Assembly: GCF_055900595.2 (NCBI RefSeq)
Contig: NZ_CM148325.1
DNA length: 64,000 nt
Direction: 5' to 3' (one strand)
The translations under genes and the position numbers were made by a program. This document shows, in pieces, positions 1 through 10,916 of this stretch; within the stretch, counting starts at the first letter, position 1, and every line of letters begins with the position of its first letter. Below the pieces are notes generated by a model that searched no databases, was not told where the DNA came from, and saw nothing but the letters and a program-made list of their open reading frames with translations.

Positions 1-229
1 CGGATGCTTCCAGCTCGTTCGCCAGCAGTGCCGCCAGTTGTGTAATGCTTCTGAGCGGTTCCAGATGGCGAAGGCGATCGCGCCCCGGCCAGGTCACCAG
101 AGAAAGCGCGCAATCAGCCAGTTGCTCAGCTTGCCAGTGGCGAAACGCGCTACTGCTGCCGCCAGCGAAAGGGCACATGACCAGATGCGCAGTATTGCCG
201 TTCCGGGCGGGCCACAGCGGGATGCACAT
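1..229 (-). CDS. ybtT: Yersiniabactin type II thioesterase YbtT, N-terminal part only (gene continues beyond window start)
   Basis: Hand translation of the minus strand from ATG at 229 gives MQSAMCIPLWPARNGNTAHLVMCPFAGGSSSAFRHWQ..., a thioesterase N-terminus; position directly downstream of ybtU matches HPI gene order. Not in the ORF track because no stop lies inside the window. Confidence 0.75.
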   Translation of the reverse strand, partial: MCIPLWPARNGNTAHLVMCPFAGGSSSAFRHWQAEQLADCALSLVTWPGRDRLRHLEPLRSITQLAALLANELEAS

Positions 230-240
230 TGCAGATTGCG

Positions 241-1341
241 TCACAGCGCCTCCTTATCATCATCGTTGTAGAAACCGGCTAACCGGTCGTGGTGCGGCGG
301 CGTCAGGCGTCTGATCTCCGCATTGCCGGTCTTACGTAAAATCTGCTGCCATAAACGTGATAACGCGATCTGATGTACGCTTTGGCAGGCCGCTGGTGGA
401 TGTTCGCCCGCCAGATTGCTGCGCAACTGGTGTAGCAACCAGCTGACGCCCTCCGGCCCGACGGTTTCGCAGCAGTCGCGCCAGCTCAGGGGCGCCGCGC
501 TGCGCATCAGACCCGGCAGATCGCGCAGGATCTCCGGTCTGCGGTAGAGGCTGTGGGCGTTCTCCTGATGGTCTGCGACAAACAGGCTGGATGACCAGAT
601 GACGGGGCCGTAGCTCGCCTCCAGCGAAAGATGACCTTCCGGCCAGCCCAGCAGCAGGCGGTGCATGATAAGGCTATGCATATCTGGATCGTCAGGATCG
701 AGATAGCGCTGAAGCAGCAGGCAGGCTTCTCCCTCCGGCCAGAAGAGTCTCAGACAGTGAAAATCGCTAAAGCTGCCAACCACGTCGCACTCCACGGCGG
801 CGGCATCAACGCCCAGAGCCAGCAACAACAAATCCAGAGTGGAGTAGAGCAACTGTCGGCTGGTGGTGGCGTGGACTACCGGCGGCGTCTTAGCCAGGCA
901 GCGACGCAGCTGCTGCGCATCGCGAAGCCATGTGCGTCCCGCGCGCGTATGCGGATAAAACGTGTTTACCCAATAGCAGCAGCCCTGTTCCTGCGCCAGC
1001 GTTTGTAAGGAACTGATGTCATCCGGGTGGAGGGGATGCTCCTGAATGACGTGTACGCCGCGCGTCAGAAAGTGTCTGGCAAGCTGCGTACCGGTTCCTC
1101 CGGCGACGGTCGAACGCACGACAATACAGGCGATATCCGGCATCCTGGTTATCTGTTCCGGCGAGGTATACAGCGGAATGCCAAACGCATGAGCCAGCTC
1201 TCTTGAACGGGCGCTTCCCTGCGCCAGCAGGCCGACCAGTTCCAGCCCCTCCGGGGGCTGCATAAAGGCATTCAGGTACATTTCGCCAAATTTGGCGCCC
1301 ACAATCAGTACGCGTTGCTTTGGGGAGGCGGACGGCATCAT
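241..1341 (-). CDS. ybtU: Yersiniabactin thiazolinyl reductase YbtU
   Basis: ORF 241..1401; likely start MMPSASPKQRVLIVGAKFG at 1341 with GGAGAA upstream, overlapping the irp1 stop; NAD(P)-binding N-terminus; HPI synteny. Confidence 0.85.
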   Translation of the reverse strand: MMPSASPKQRVLIVGAKFGEMYLNAFMQPPEGLELVGLLAQGSARSRELAHAFGIPLYTSPEQITRMPDIACIVVRSTVAGGTGTQLARHFLTRGVHVIQEHPLHPDDISSLQTLAQEQGCCYWVNTFYPHTRAGRTWLRDAQQLRRCLAKTPPVVHATTSRQLLYSTLDLLLLALGVDAAAVECDVVGSFSDFHCLRLFWPEGEACLLLQRYLDPDDPDMHSLIMHRLLLGWPEGHLSLEASYGPVIWSSSLFVADHQENAHSLYRRPEILRDLPGLMRSAAPLSWRDCCETVGPEGVSWLLHQLRSNLAGEHPPAACQSVHQIALSRLWQQILRKTGNAEIRRLTPPHHDRLAGFYNDDDKEAL

Positions 1342-4300
1342 AACGTGTTCTCCGGTTGCGTTGAGGTTGCGCAAAGCCAGCGCGTAATGTGTTGCGCACA
1401 AGCCTGAACGTGGGGGGCTTCCATCATGATTTGCCAGTGGCTGGCTTCAATCACAGCGTCGTCGGCGTTGTTTATCCAGCCCTGCCACTCGGTTTCTGCT
1501 GGCGTCCAGCGCGCGGGTCTCCCGGCGGCATACACCATGAGACAGGGGACCGGAACGCTTTCGCCCGGCGTATGCTCAGTCAGTAAACGCAGCAGATGCT
1601 CGATGTTGTCGAGCCACGTTTCTGCCGCTTGCAGCGTCAGGTTTTGCGACACCATACCGACCGTTTTAGCGAGGCTGATAAAGTCGGCAAGCTGGCTGTC
1701 GGGCGTCTGATGGTCGAAATGTTCGGGCAGTGCCAGAGGCGTTTGTCCTTCGGCTAACAGGCGCAGCAGGGCCGCCCGGTTTTCGCAACAGAAATCCTGT
1801 CGGCACACGGGATCGATTAACACCATCCGAACCTGCTTGCCTTTGGCGTACAGGCGCTGTGCGGCGCCCGCCGCAAGAAACGCGCCATACGACCAACCCG
1901 CCAGCACATAAGGGCCGTGAGGCTGCTGACGACGGATGCACCCGACATACTCATCGATCATCTGGTCGAGCGTGGCAAAGTGCTGCGGCGATTTTGCTTG
2001 CAGGCCGAAAACGCGCCTGTTCAACGCGTTAGCGAGCGGCAGCCAGGCGCTGATATCGCCGTCTGAAGCGTGGAAGACAAACAGGGTTTCCTCACCGTCG
2101 CCCTGGCAAAGGGGTATCGGGTTGTCCTCTCCTGACGTAGCCGCCTGTAGATGGGCGCAGAAGTCGCTCAGCGTCGAATGGTTGAACAGATCCTGAAGGT
2201 TAGCCCTGGCAATCCCTCTCCGGTTTAGCTGCGCGACCATCCTTGTCGCCATCAGGCTGTCGCCGCCCAGTTCGAAAAAGTCGTGATGCCTTGCCACGGG
2301 GCGAGACAGCAGCGATTGCCAGAGTTCAGCCACCTGTTTTTCCAGCGCCGAATTCCCCCCGGCAACTGGCGTGGGTTTGGCTGGCTCAGTCGGCGCATCA
2401 GACGGGGCATGCAGCGGCGTAAATAACGCTTCTCTTTGCCGGATCTGTAAAATGGGCAGACCGGTGCCAAAGCGCTGCTGTAAATAGCGGCTCACGGCTT
2501 TTTTATCCGGGCGATTTACGCCAGGCGAACGCGCTACCAGCAGATGCTGGCGCAGCGGCGACGATTCCTGCGCGGGCCACGCCAGCTCGTTTGCAAACCC
2601 GGCCTGAACGAGAACCTCCTGCCATGCGGAGCGGGTGAGCATCGGTTTCTCATCCCGGCGGCGGAAATCGCGGTATCCGCTTAATCCCTCAATAAAGCCC
2701 ACGCTCGCCAGCTGGAATACGCTGTTTCGCTCCGTCGCTTCAACGATCAGCAAACGTCCGCCGGCTTTCAGCAACAGTTTTAATCTGCGCAACGTCTGGA
2801 CGACATGGCTGGCGTCGTGGAGCACATTGACGGCAACGATCAGGTCGTAACCCGCCTCCGGGTGGGCGGTGAAATCCAGCGGCTGGTTGATGTCGAACAA
2901 GGCATAAGACACCTGCGATTCATCATGGAAACGGGCTCTGGCGTCATTGAGGAACTGCGCGGAGACGTCCGTGAAGTGGTACGACTGCCGCGTGTTCCGC
3001 GTGGCCTTCAGCACCGGCGCGGTAGTGGCTGCGGTTCCGGCGCCAACCTCCAGAATCCGTTCTGCGCTGCACAAGGCGGCAATCTGCGCGGTATAGCGAT
3101 TCAGACAGGCGCTGGCGGGGTTGTCGCGATACAGCGCGTCGGTAACGCGATGCTGCTCGTTGAACAGCAATTCCAGCGGAGAACACTGCCCGGAGAAGAG
3201 GGCGTCGTGCCGGGCGATGCAGGTTTCCAGATACTGCGCCAGCGCCTGGCTCCATTGGCTTTGCGGGCACGCTTCCTGAGGCTCAGGAATCTCGCTGAGC
3301 GGAATACGGCAGCGCCAGCTTTCACCTTCGCGGATTAACCACTCTCTTTCCGTCAGACACTGTAGCCACTGGCGCAGCAGACGCTGGTGAGACGCTTGCG
3401 CGGACAGCGCCTGTACTACTGCGCTAAAGCGATGGGCGATCTCCGGCGTGGTAAACAGGCCGTGACGATTTAGCGTAGCCGCGATCCCCTGTAGCGCACG
3501 CGCCTCCAGCCAGCGCCAGGTCGCCTCCAGCTCATCAAGCTGCGCCTGCTCAGGCAACGGCAGCGCCAGTTGGGTAAGTTCGTGCTCATCAGGCATCGCC
3601 GCTGATGGCGACGGATCGTCGGCCATCACGATATCCAGCGTCAACGCGCCCTGTTCGGTTATTTCCGCTCTGGCCTGCCGGATGCCGGGGTATTCGAGCG
3701 TCGCCTGCTCAATATCCCGCAGGTCGTAGTCCGCCTGCGCGTTCAGCGGCCAGCGTCGGCGGGGAATGTGCCCGGCGATGCCGCTGGCGAGAGTCTTCAG
3801 GCTTTCAGGGGCGGCGATGACGGCTTGCAGGATGGCGCAATAGTCATTAAACATCGCCTCGGCAGCGCCGGGTTCCAGCACGTTGTCCATGCAGTACCAG
3901 CTAAACATCAACTCGCCGTCGCTCTCCATGACCTGATGATCCAGCCAGACCTGCGGCGTTTGCGTGAATACATAGCAGGGTTCGCCGAACAGATGGCTCA
4001 TCGCCTGATCGATAGTCATGCCTTCCAGCGTCATCCCCAGCATACTGGTAAACACTACCGGCATCAGCGGTTGACGTTGTGATCCGCGCAGGCGGCCCAG
4101 CTCACGGATCACCTCAACACCGTTCATTTCACTGTGCGCCATGTTTTGCCAGAGGCGCTGTTGGGTCTGTTGCATCTGCTCTTGCAACGTCACCGGCGCT
4201 GAGAAGTTAAAATCAACCAGCGTGACGGAGGTAAAATCACCAATCAACTGGTTGATTTGCGGATGGATCGGCTGGCGATTGAAGAACGTCAGGTTCAGCG

Positions 4301-7300
4301 TAAATGTTGTGGTACGGCTCCAGCGCTCAAGGGTGGCGGCAAACAGCGTGAGCAGCGCGGCAGACGGTGTGACGCCTTGCTGCTGCCAGCGCTGTTTCAC
4401 GGCCTGCCATTCTGTCTTGCCGATCGTCGATTTGAAGGTGGTGAAGTGTGGCGTTTCCGGGGGCGTCTCAACCACCGGCAGCTCTGGCGCTAAGGGCAGT
4501 TGCGGCAGTTTTTCCTGCCAGTAATCCCAGGCATCGTGCCATGCCGATGTCTGTCGGCGCGCCTGTTCAGCCATCACATAATCACGGAAGGTAATAGCGA
4601 GCGGCGCCAGCGTTTCACCGCGCCAGACCTGCGCCAGGTCGTCCATCATGACTTTAAAACTCTGCACATCAAACTGCAAAAGGTCGAGGTTCATATGCAG
4701 ACGGTAATGGCAATCGTCGATTTCGCTGACCACCAGCTCAAAAAGAGGCCACTGGTCGGCAGGCAAAACGCGATAGCTCAGTTCATGCCGCCGTTTTTCC
4801 AGCGCGATGCGCTGTTCTTCCGGGGAAAGCGCGCGCAGATCGTCACGCGGGATGTGATACTCCGGCGTTGTCGCCAGGATTCGCTGCTGCCCGTCGGCAT
4901 CAACCACCATACGCAACATATCGTGGCGTGCGATGAGCTGGTTCCATGCTTTCTCCAGTATGGCGAGATCGAACTCATCGTGGCGTTTATCCCACTCAAA
5001 CAGGACGTGACAGGCGACGCCGCCATAGCCAATGAGGTGGGTTCGCCCCAGCCAGTAGGCGTGCTGAATGGGCGTCAAAGGGAAGGGCGCATAACGCTCG
5101 TCGGCGTCGTGCCGCAACACTTCCGGCTGCGAAGCGGCAGGCGTCGCCTCTGGCTTAGAACAGATAAGCTGCGTGAGTCCATGAGGAGACAGATCCTGCC
5201 ACGCCCGTTCCGCATTGATGCGTACGCCCAGGTAGTGCTGAATATCGCTACTGAGTTCAAGGAAGAGCAGCGAGTCCATGCCGAGTTGCAACAGATCCTG
5301 GTTTGGATGCAGTGACGCCGGATCGCTCAGCCTTAGCTGAACCGCAATCCGCTTTTTCAGCCATGCCATCACCGCTGTTTCATCGCTCAGGCTGCCGTTA
5401 AAGGCGTTGTCATCAGCAGGAGGAATGACCGGCGTTGCGGCTTTTTCTGTGGCGCTGATGTTAAACAGGGCCTGTTGTAACGGGGGCATTTTGTCGGTAA
5501 AAACGCGCATCGCCAGTCGCCACGGGGCGCCGCGCATCACCGCCTGTTCCAGGTGCCAGCAGCCTTCGGCATCGCTTAACGCGCCCATACCTCGGCTGGC
5601 GAGCGTCGCCAGCATTTCCGGCGTGGCCGCCCGACCGCTTTCTCCCCATGCGCCCCAGGCGACAGAGAGCGTTTTCGGCGCATCAAGGGTGGAAAACTGC
5701 TGGGCCAGCCCGTCCAGGTAGCCGCAGGCCAGCGCATGGGCGCTCTGACCCGGCGCGCCGAGGGTGGCGGCAGCGGAAGAGTAGAGAATAAGATAGCGTC
5801 CGTCGTGGTTGCGCAGGGTTTGCACCAGCTGGCTTGCCGCCTGCGCTTTTACCGCGAAAACGGCAGCCAGCTGGTGGTCATCAAGCTCCTGCAAGGGCGC
5901 GTCAGCCAATACGCCAGCGGCATGAATCGCTCCGGCAATGCCGCCGTTGGCCGCCAGATCGTCAAGAACCGTGGCCAGTTGCCCGGCATCGCCCACATCA
6001 CAACGGCAGACGCGCGTCTGCCCGCCCTCCACGTCGCGTAGCCATGACTCATCCACGCGCGGCGCCAGCAGGGCGATGCGTCGCGCCCCTTTTTCTCTGA
6101 GCCAGTTCACGGCAAGGCGGCCTAATCCGCCAAACGCTCCGGTCACCAGATGCCAGCGGCTATCGCCGGTAAACACGTTTGCCGGTAATTCAGCGGCGCA
6201 TCCCGTATTGGGCGACAGTGAAGGAAGCCAAAGGGTGTCACCCCGTGCGGCGAGCCAGCGCTGTGATAGTGAGACTGCACTCAACCCTTGATGCAGCGTT
6301 TCCCACGGGGTGTTTTCGGCGAGATCGATGGCGGCAAGCAACCGTTCCGGCTGTTCGTTGGCCGCGACGCGAAGCAAGGCCCATAGCGCGTGATGGGATG
6401 CAGAGAGTGCTTCATTTTCCTCGACTCGCCACGCGCGGCGAGTAACCACAATCAATCCGGCTGCGCTGGCGGTGAGCGCTGCTATCACTTTCTCCGCTAA
6501 GGCCAGCGTATCCTCGCTCTCCTCAACAATCATCAGTCGTGAAGAGGCGTGCGGATCGTGAATGATGCCGTATTGCGCCAGCTCGTCGCTGCGCGCAAGC
6601 GTACCGGCGCTGAAGCTAAAGGTAAGCGGATGGTCAATGCTGGCGACGTTGAGGGGCGTCCAGCGCCATTGATAATGCGTTTGCGGCGCAGGAAGAGGCG
6701 CGGCGGGCGATAGCGGCAGCCACTCGCCAGCAGGATGACGGGCTTCAACGCGCATCTGACCGCGGGAAAAGGCTTCGTTTTGCCAGCTTAAGCGAACCTT
6801 CCCTAGCCACTCCGGGGCGGCGACGGGGGGCGGTTCCACAGGCAGAGCGTCGCCATGACGCTGTGAAAGCAGACGCCAGGCCTCCTGCCAGCGGGCGTTA
6901 AACCGTTCGGGCTGACCTGCGCAATCAGACCAGTCGGCGAGATAATCACCGTTATCCGTCAGCGCCTGCCCCAACACGGGTTCTGATGGCGCGGTGAATG
7001 TTACGGCGCTAACCGCCTGACCGGGCAGCGTGGCGAGAATGATATGTTCGCTCATCCCGGCGGTCGGGCTGCCATCCTGCGGTAGCCACGCCACTTTGCT
7101 GAATCCGGCGTGGCGGCACTGTTGTTGCCACTGAGCGGTGGTGAGGAATAACTCACCTTCGCGGGCGTCGAGATCCTGTAGCGGAAGAACCAGCGGGCCG
7201 AAAACGAAGTCAAACAGACGCATTGGCTGGGTGATTTCGCGCATCAGCAGGCGCCCGCCCGGCTTGAGCAGGGGGCGCAGATTATCGAGCGTGCGGCCAA

Positions 7301-10300
7301 TATGGCGGGTGGCGTGAATCACGTTCGCTGCCACGATAAGATCGTAAGACTGTGCCTGGAAACCCTGAGACTGCGCCTCTTTTTCGAGATCCAGCTCGCT
7401 ATACTTCACAAAATCATAGTCGGCGAATTTCTGCTGGGCGCGACGGGTGAACAGCGCCGAGATATCGGTGAAATGGTACTCCAGTGCCGGAACGCCGTTG
7501 AGTTCCGGCAGCAGCCACGCGGTGGTGCCGCCGGTTCCGCCGCCAACTTCAAGAATACGCAACGGCTGGCGGGGCTGACGCGTCTGGACAATGCCGCGTA
7601 ATACCCCGGCGGCGATTTGGTTGAAATAGCGGCCAAAGCTGAATTCCTGATACAGCACTTCCACGCCGTCGGAGGCGCTTTGCGGGAAGATAATCGCCAC
7701 CGGTTCTTCCGCGCCGCTCATCATTTCATATAACCGATCGCCGGCACGGGCGATGGTGTCGGGAATAGCCTGAAAACCTTCACAATAACCGGCAAGTTCC
7801 GTCAGCGGTGATTCCCGCTGTTGATGTTCAATGGGGCGGGCGCGGACGTATCGCCCGTCGGTGCAGCGGTAATCGCCGTCGACCACGCAGTTATTCAGCA
7901 GGCGCTGGAGTAGCTGCTGGTAGCGGGGCAGCAGACGTCCACGGCGCATGATGGTCATGGCGTCCACGCCGTTCTCAATGGCATCGCCGGTACAGCGTTG
8001 TACCAGTTGATCGACGTAGATGGCGTGCAGTCGCGTGGCGCACTGTTTAAGCGCTTCCAGGCGAGGGAGATCGAGCGCTGTCGCGGCGCGACTCGCCACC
8101 TCCAGCCCGGCAGACAGCGCTGCGTCGGCAGGCTCGCAGGCCGGGGAGACGCGCTCTTTCCAGTAACGTTCAGTATCAAACGGATAACATGGCGCAGCGA
8201 TACGTTGTCCATCGCCCGCCAGCAGGTCGGCCCACGGTAGGGCGACGCCGGCAGCGTAAAGCTGGAGCAGGGCCTGATTGAGGACATCGCTCGCCTCTTT
8301 GTTACGCCGGGCGCTGGCTATCCAGTATGCGTTATCGCGGTATTCGCGCTGCCCGCAAGCAACCAACTGGGCATCGGGCCCCATCTCCAGAAAAACGCGG
8401 GCGCCGAGCTGATGCGCCACCTGAATACTCTGGATAAAACGCACCGGCTGGCGCATGTGTCGGCGCCAGTAATCCGCCTGGTTGAGCGTTGACTCATCAA
8501 TGACGTCGGCGGTGAGCGTGGAAATAATCGGTATTTGCCCCGGCTCCGCGTGCAGTCCCGCGCAGGCGTCCTGGAACCGATCGAGTATCGGCTCCAGTAA
8601 AGCGGAGTGCGCCGCACCGGTTACGCTCAGGCGACGATAGTTAATGTCATGCTGCGAGAGCGTGGCGCAAAATACCGCGAGACGGGCTTCCGGCCCGGAA
8701 AATACCGTATGTTGCGTACCGTTGTTGGCGGCGAGATCCAGCTCAAACTGGCGAGCCAGCGGCATCAGCGTGTCTTCGTCTGCAAATACCGCCACCATCG
8801 CGCCGCTTGCGCACTGCTGCATTAGCGCGCCGCGCCGACAAACCAGTGGCATGACCTGTTCAATCGTATAGTGTCCGCAGACAACGGCAGCGGCAAATTC
8901 ACCGACGGAATGCCCAATGGCGAAGTCTGGCTTCAGTCCTTCAGCACGCCAGTGCGCCGCCATCGCGATTTCAAACGCGACAATCGCCGGCTGCGCCCAG
9001 GCCATATTGTCCAGCTGCGCCGAATCGGGGTTAAACATCGCTTCGCGCAGTGACGGCGTGAGCATTTCGCTACAGGCGGAAAAACAGCGATCCAGCGTGT
9101 CGGCAAACGCCGTTGAGTGCTGGTACATCGTTTGGCCCATAGTGCGCCAGTGCGAGCCCTGGCCGGTAAACAGCCACACCTGCTTGCCGCTGGCGCCGTG
9201 GCCGCTGTATACCTGCGCCCCCGATTTCTCACTAGCCCAGGTGCTGAGCGCGTCGGCGGTTTCACGGTTTAATGGCACCGCCAGGCGGAAAGGAAGATCG
9301 AGACGGCGCGCGTGCAGGGCCGTGAAGGCCAGATCGCTGGCATCCGCATTCTTCCTCAGCGCCCCGGCATAATCCGTCGCCAGCCGCCGCAACGCGCTGT
9401 CGCTGGCGGCGCTGAGCAGCAGCGCAGTACTTTTTCTGCCGCCATCCGTATTGGGGAGGCGCGCGTTGAGCGCATCGGGCAGCGAGGCGACGATCATATG
9501 GCAGTTGGTGCCGCCAATACCAAAGGAGGATACGCCCGCATAGCGCATTTCATCCTGCCACGCTTGCGCCGACACTGGTACGGTAAAGGGGCTCTCCTCA
9601 AGCTTCAGCGCCGGGTTGGGGGTGTGGAAATTCAATAAGGGTGGAATTTGTCCGCGACTGACGGCCAGAACGGTTTTCAGCAGTCCGGCAATGCCTGCCG
9701 CGGTATCCAGATGCCCCATATTGCTTTTCACGGAACCGAGCGCACAGCGCCTGTCCTGCGGGCGCGGCGCATAGACGTTGCGTAACGCTTCTATTTCAAT
9801 CGCATCGCCCAGCGGTGTGCCGGTGCCGTGGGTTTCAATGTAACCTACCTGCCTGTCGTCGATGGCCGCCAGCATTAACGCCTCTTCGATGACCGCCTGC
9901 TGCCCGGCGACGGAAGGGGCGGTATAGCCGACCTTTCTGTTGCCGTCGTTATTGACCGCGCTGGAGAGGATCACCGAGATAATCGGATCGCCTGACAGTA
10001 GCGCGTCTTTCAGGCGACGCAGAACCACGCAGCCGAGACCATTACCGGCCCAGGTGCCCTCAGCCGAGGCGTCAAAAGGACGACAGTGGCCATCGGGAGA
10101 GAAAATCATTCCGGGCTGGTAGCGATAGCCCGCCTGCTGGGGGAAAGAGAGCGCCACGCCGCCGGCCACCGCCATATCGGATTCGCCTGCGCGCAGGCTT
10201 TCACAGGCCAGATGCACGGCAACCAGCGAGCTGGAGCAGGCGGTCTGTACCGATAACGCCGGGCCGTGCAGGTTGAGTTTGTACGCGGCGCGGGTGGCAA

Positions 10301-10829
10301 TATAGTCTTTATCATTGCCCATCAGAGATTGCAGACCTTTTACCTGCGCGACTTCTGTCACGTTCAATGCTTCGCGACCGGGGTAGGTACTCATCCGGGA
10401 AGAGGCGAAAACGCCGGTCTTATGGGGGACGGCGCCGGGGGCATAACCGGCATGTTCCAGCGCATGCCAGACCGCCTGCAAAAACAGGCGCTGCTGCGGG
10501 TCCATCGACTCCGCTTCCTGTCGCGAATAGCCAAACAGGGTGGCGTCGAAGCAGTCGGCGTTGTCTAACACCGTACCGATATTGACATAATGAGGATCGT
10601 CAATGATGGCGGCATCCAGACCGACGGCCAGAAGCTCTTCGCGCGTAAAGCGTCGGCTGCATTCACGACCTTCCAGCAGATTTTGCCAGAACGTTTCGCC
10701 ATCCGGCGATTCAGGAAAATGGCAGGCGTAGCCGATAACCGCGACAGGTTCGCAGTCCGGGTAGTGTTGAGCGATCGATGCATCAATGGAATCTGCTGTC
10801 GGCGCAGAAGAGAAGCGCAAGTTATCCAT
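1338..10829 (-). CDS. irp1: HMWP1 yersiniabactin PKS/NRPS hybrid (KS-AT-MT-KR-ACP-Cy-MT-PCP-TE)
   Basis: 3163-aa ORF with KS active-site motif DTACSSSLVAVHLACESL, AT motif GHSVGEFAAAVVCG, two SAM-binding motifs (LEVGGGTGGTTAWLL, ILEVGAGTAATTAPVL), cyclization motif NLDLLQFDVQS, carrier motifs LGMDSL and LGGDSL, and TE motif GWSYG. Confidence 0.95.
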   Translation of the reverse strand: MDNLRFSSAPTADSIDASIAQHYPDCEPVAVIGYACHFPESPDGETFWQNLLEGRECSRRFTREELLAVGLDAAIIDDPHYVNIGTVLDNADCFDATLFGYSRQEAESMDPQQRLFLQAVWHALEHAGYAPGAVPHKTGVFASSRMSTYPGREALNVTEVAQVKGLQSLMGNDKDYIATRAAYKLNLHGPALSVQTACSSSLVAVHLACESLRAGESDMAVAGGVALSFPQQAGYRYQPGMIFSPDGHCRPFDASAEGTWAGNGLGCVVLRRLKDALLSGDPIISVILSSAVNNDGNRKVGYTAPSVAGQQAVIEEALMLAAIDDRQVGYIETHGTGTPLGDAIEIEALRNVYAPRPQDRRCALGSVKSNMGHLDTAAGIAGLLKTVLAVSRGQIPPLLNFHTPNPALKLEESPFTVPVSAQAWQDEMRYAGVSSFGIGGTNCHMIVASLPDALNARLPNTDGGRKSTALLLSAASDSALRRLATDYAGALRKNADASDLAFTALHARRLDLPFRLAVPLNRETADALSTWASEKSGAQVYSGHGASGKQVWLFTGQGSHWRTMGQTMYQHSTAFADTLDRCFSACSEMLTPSLREAMFNPDSAQLDNMAWAQPAIVAFEIAMAAHWRAEGLKPDFAIGHSVGEFAAAVVCGHYTIEQVMPLVCRRGALMQQCASGAMVAVFADEDTLMPLARQFELDLAANNGTQHTVFSGPEARLAVFCATLSQHDINYRRLSVTGAAHSALLEPILDRFQDACAGLHAEPGQIPIISTLTADVIDESTLNQADYWRRHMRQPVRFIQSIQVAHQLGARVFLEMGPDAQLVACGQREYRDNAYWIASARRNKEASDVLNQALLQLYAAGVALPWADLLAGDGQRIAAPCYPFDTERYWKERVSPACEPADAALSAGLEVASRAATALDLPRLEALKQCATRLHAIYVDQLVQRCTGDAIENGVDAMTIMRRGRLLPRYQQLLQRLLNNCVVDGDYRCTDGRYVRARPIEHQQRESPLTELAGYCEGFQAIPDTIARAGDRLYEMMSGAEEPVAIIFPQSASDGVEVLYQEFSFGRYFNQIAAGVLRGIVQTRQPRQPLRILEVGGGTGGTTAWLLPELNGVPALEYHFTDISALFTRRAQQKFADYDFVKYSELDLEKEAQSQGFQAQSYDLIVAANVIHATRHIGRTLDNLRPLLKPGGRLLMREITQPMRLFDFVFGPLVLPLQDLDAREGELFLTTAQWQQQCRHAGFSKVAWLPQDGSPTAGMSEHIILATLPGQAVSAVTFTAPSEPVLGQALTDNGDYLADWSDCAGQPERFNARWQEAWRLLSQRHGDALPVEPPPVAAPEWLGKVRLSWQNEAFSRGQMRVEARHPAGEWLPLSPAAPLPAPQTHYQWRWTPLNVASIDHPLTFSFSAGTLARSDELAQYGIIHDPHASSRLMIVEESEDTLALAEKVIAALTASAAGLIVVTRRAWRVEENEALSASHHALWALLRVAANEQPERLLAAIDLAENTPWETLHQGLSAVSLSQRWLAARGDTLWLPSLSPNTGCAAELPANVFTGDSRWHLVTGAFGGLGRLAVNWLREKGARRIALLAPRVDESWLRDVEGGQTRVCRCDVGDAGQLATVLDDLAANGGIAGAIHAAGVLADAPLQELDDHQLAAVFAVKAQAASQLVQTLRNHDGRYLILYSSAAATLGAPGQSAHALACGYLDGLAQQFSTLDAPKTLSVAWGAWGESGRAATPEMLATLASRGMGALSDAEGCWHLEQAVMRGAPWRLAMRVFTDKMPPLQQALFNISATEKAATPVIPPADDNAFNGSLSDETAVMAWLKKRIAVQLRLSDPASLHPNQDLLQLGMDSLLFLELSSDIQHYLGVRINAERAWQDLSPHGLTQLICSKPEATPAASQPEVLRHDADERYAPFPLTPIQHAYWLGRTHLIGYGGVACHVLFEWDKRHDEFDLAILEKAWNQLIARHDMLRMVVDADGQQRILATTPEYHIPRDDLRALSPEEQRIALEKRRHELSYRVLPADQWPLFELVVSEIDDCHYRLHMNLDLLQFDVQSFKVMMDDLAQVWRGETLAPLAITFRDYVMAEQARRQTSAWHDAWDYWQEKLPQLPLAPELPVVETPPETPHFTTFKSTIGKTEWQAVKQRWQQQGVTPSAALLTLFAATLERWSRTTTFTLNLTFFNRQPIHPQINQLIGDFTSVTLVDFNFSAPVTLQEQMQQTQQRLWQNMAHSEMNGVEVIRELGRLRGSQRQPLMPVVFTSMLGMTLEGMTIDQAMSHLFGEPCYVFTQTPQVWLDHQVMESDGELMFSWYCMDNVLEPGAAEAMFNDYCAILQAVIAAPESLKTLASGIAGHIPRRRWPLNAQADYDLRDIEQATLEYPGIRQARAEITEQGALTLDIVMADDPSPSAAMPDEHELTQLALPLPEQAQLDELEATWRWLEARALQGIAATLNRHGLFTTPEIAHRFSAVVQALSAQASHQRLLRQWLQCLTEREWLIREGESWRCRIPLSEIPEPQEACPQSQWSQALAQYLETCIARHDALFSGQCSPLELLFNEQHRVTDALYRDNPASACLNRYTAQIAALCSAERILEVGAGTAATTAPVLKATRNTRQSYHFTDVSAQFLNDARARFHDESQVSYALFDINQPLDFTAHPEAGYDLIVAVNVLHDASHVVQTLRRLKLLLKAGGRLLIVEATERNSVFQLASVGFIEGLSGYRDFRRRDEKPMLTRSAWQEVLVQAGFANELAWPAQESSPLRQHLLVARSPGVNRPDKKAVSRYLQQRFGTGLPILQIRQREALFTPLHAPSDAPTEPAKPTPVAGGNSALEKQVAELWQSLLSRPVARHHDFFELGGDSLMATRMVAQLNRRGIARANLQDLFNHSTLSDFCAHLQAATSGEDNPIPLCQGDGEETLFVFHASDGDISAWLPLANALNRRVFGLQAKSPQHFATLDQMIDEYVGCIRRQQPHGPYVLAGWSYGAFLAAGAAQRLYAKGKQVRMVLIDPVCRQDFCCENRAALLRLLAEGQTPLALPEHFDHQTPDSQLADFISLAKTVGMVSQNLTLQAAETWLDNIEHLLRLLTEHTPGESVPVPCLMVYAAGRPARWTPAETEWQGWINNADDAVIEASHWQIMMEAPHVQACAQHITRWLCATSTQPENTL

Positions 10830-10916
10830 AATCGGTCCCGTTTCCTAAGATTCACAAAGTCAATGGAACGCCATGCGTTCGCGATGGCGTTCCGGGGAAA
10901 ATCAGTTTGCTTCGCG

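Noticed and set aside
1019-10600. Numerous ORFs of 60-270 aa antisense to or out of frame within irp1, irp2 and ybtU (for example 4500..5315 plus, 2805..3338 plus, 8917..9372 plus)
   Set aside because: They lie wholly inside long, well-supported PKS/NRPS genes in GC-rich DNA, where stop codons are rare in every frame; their products are low-complexity and Arg/Ala/Pro-rich with no recognisable domains.
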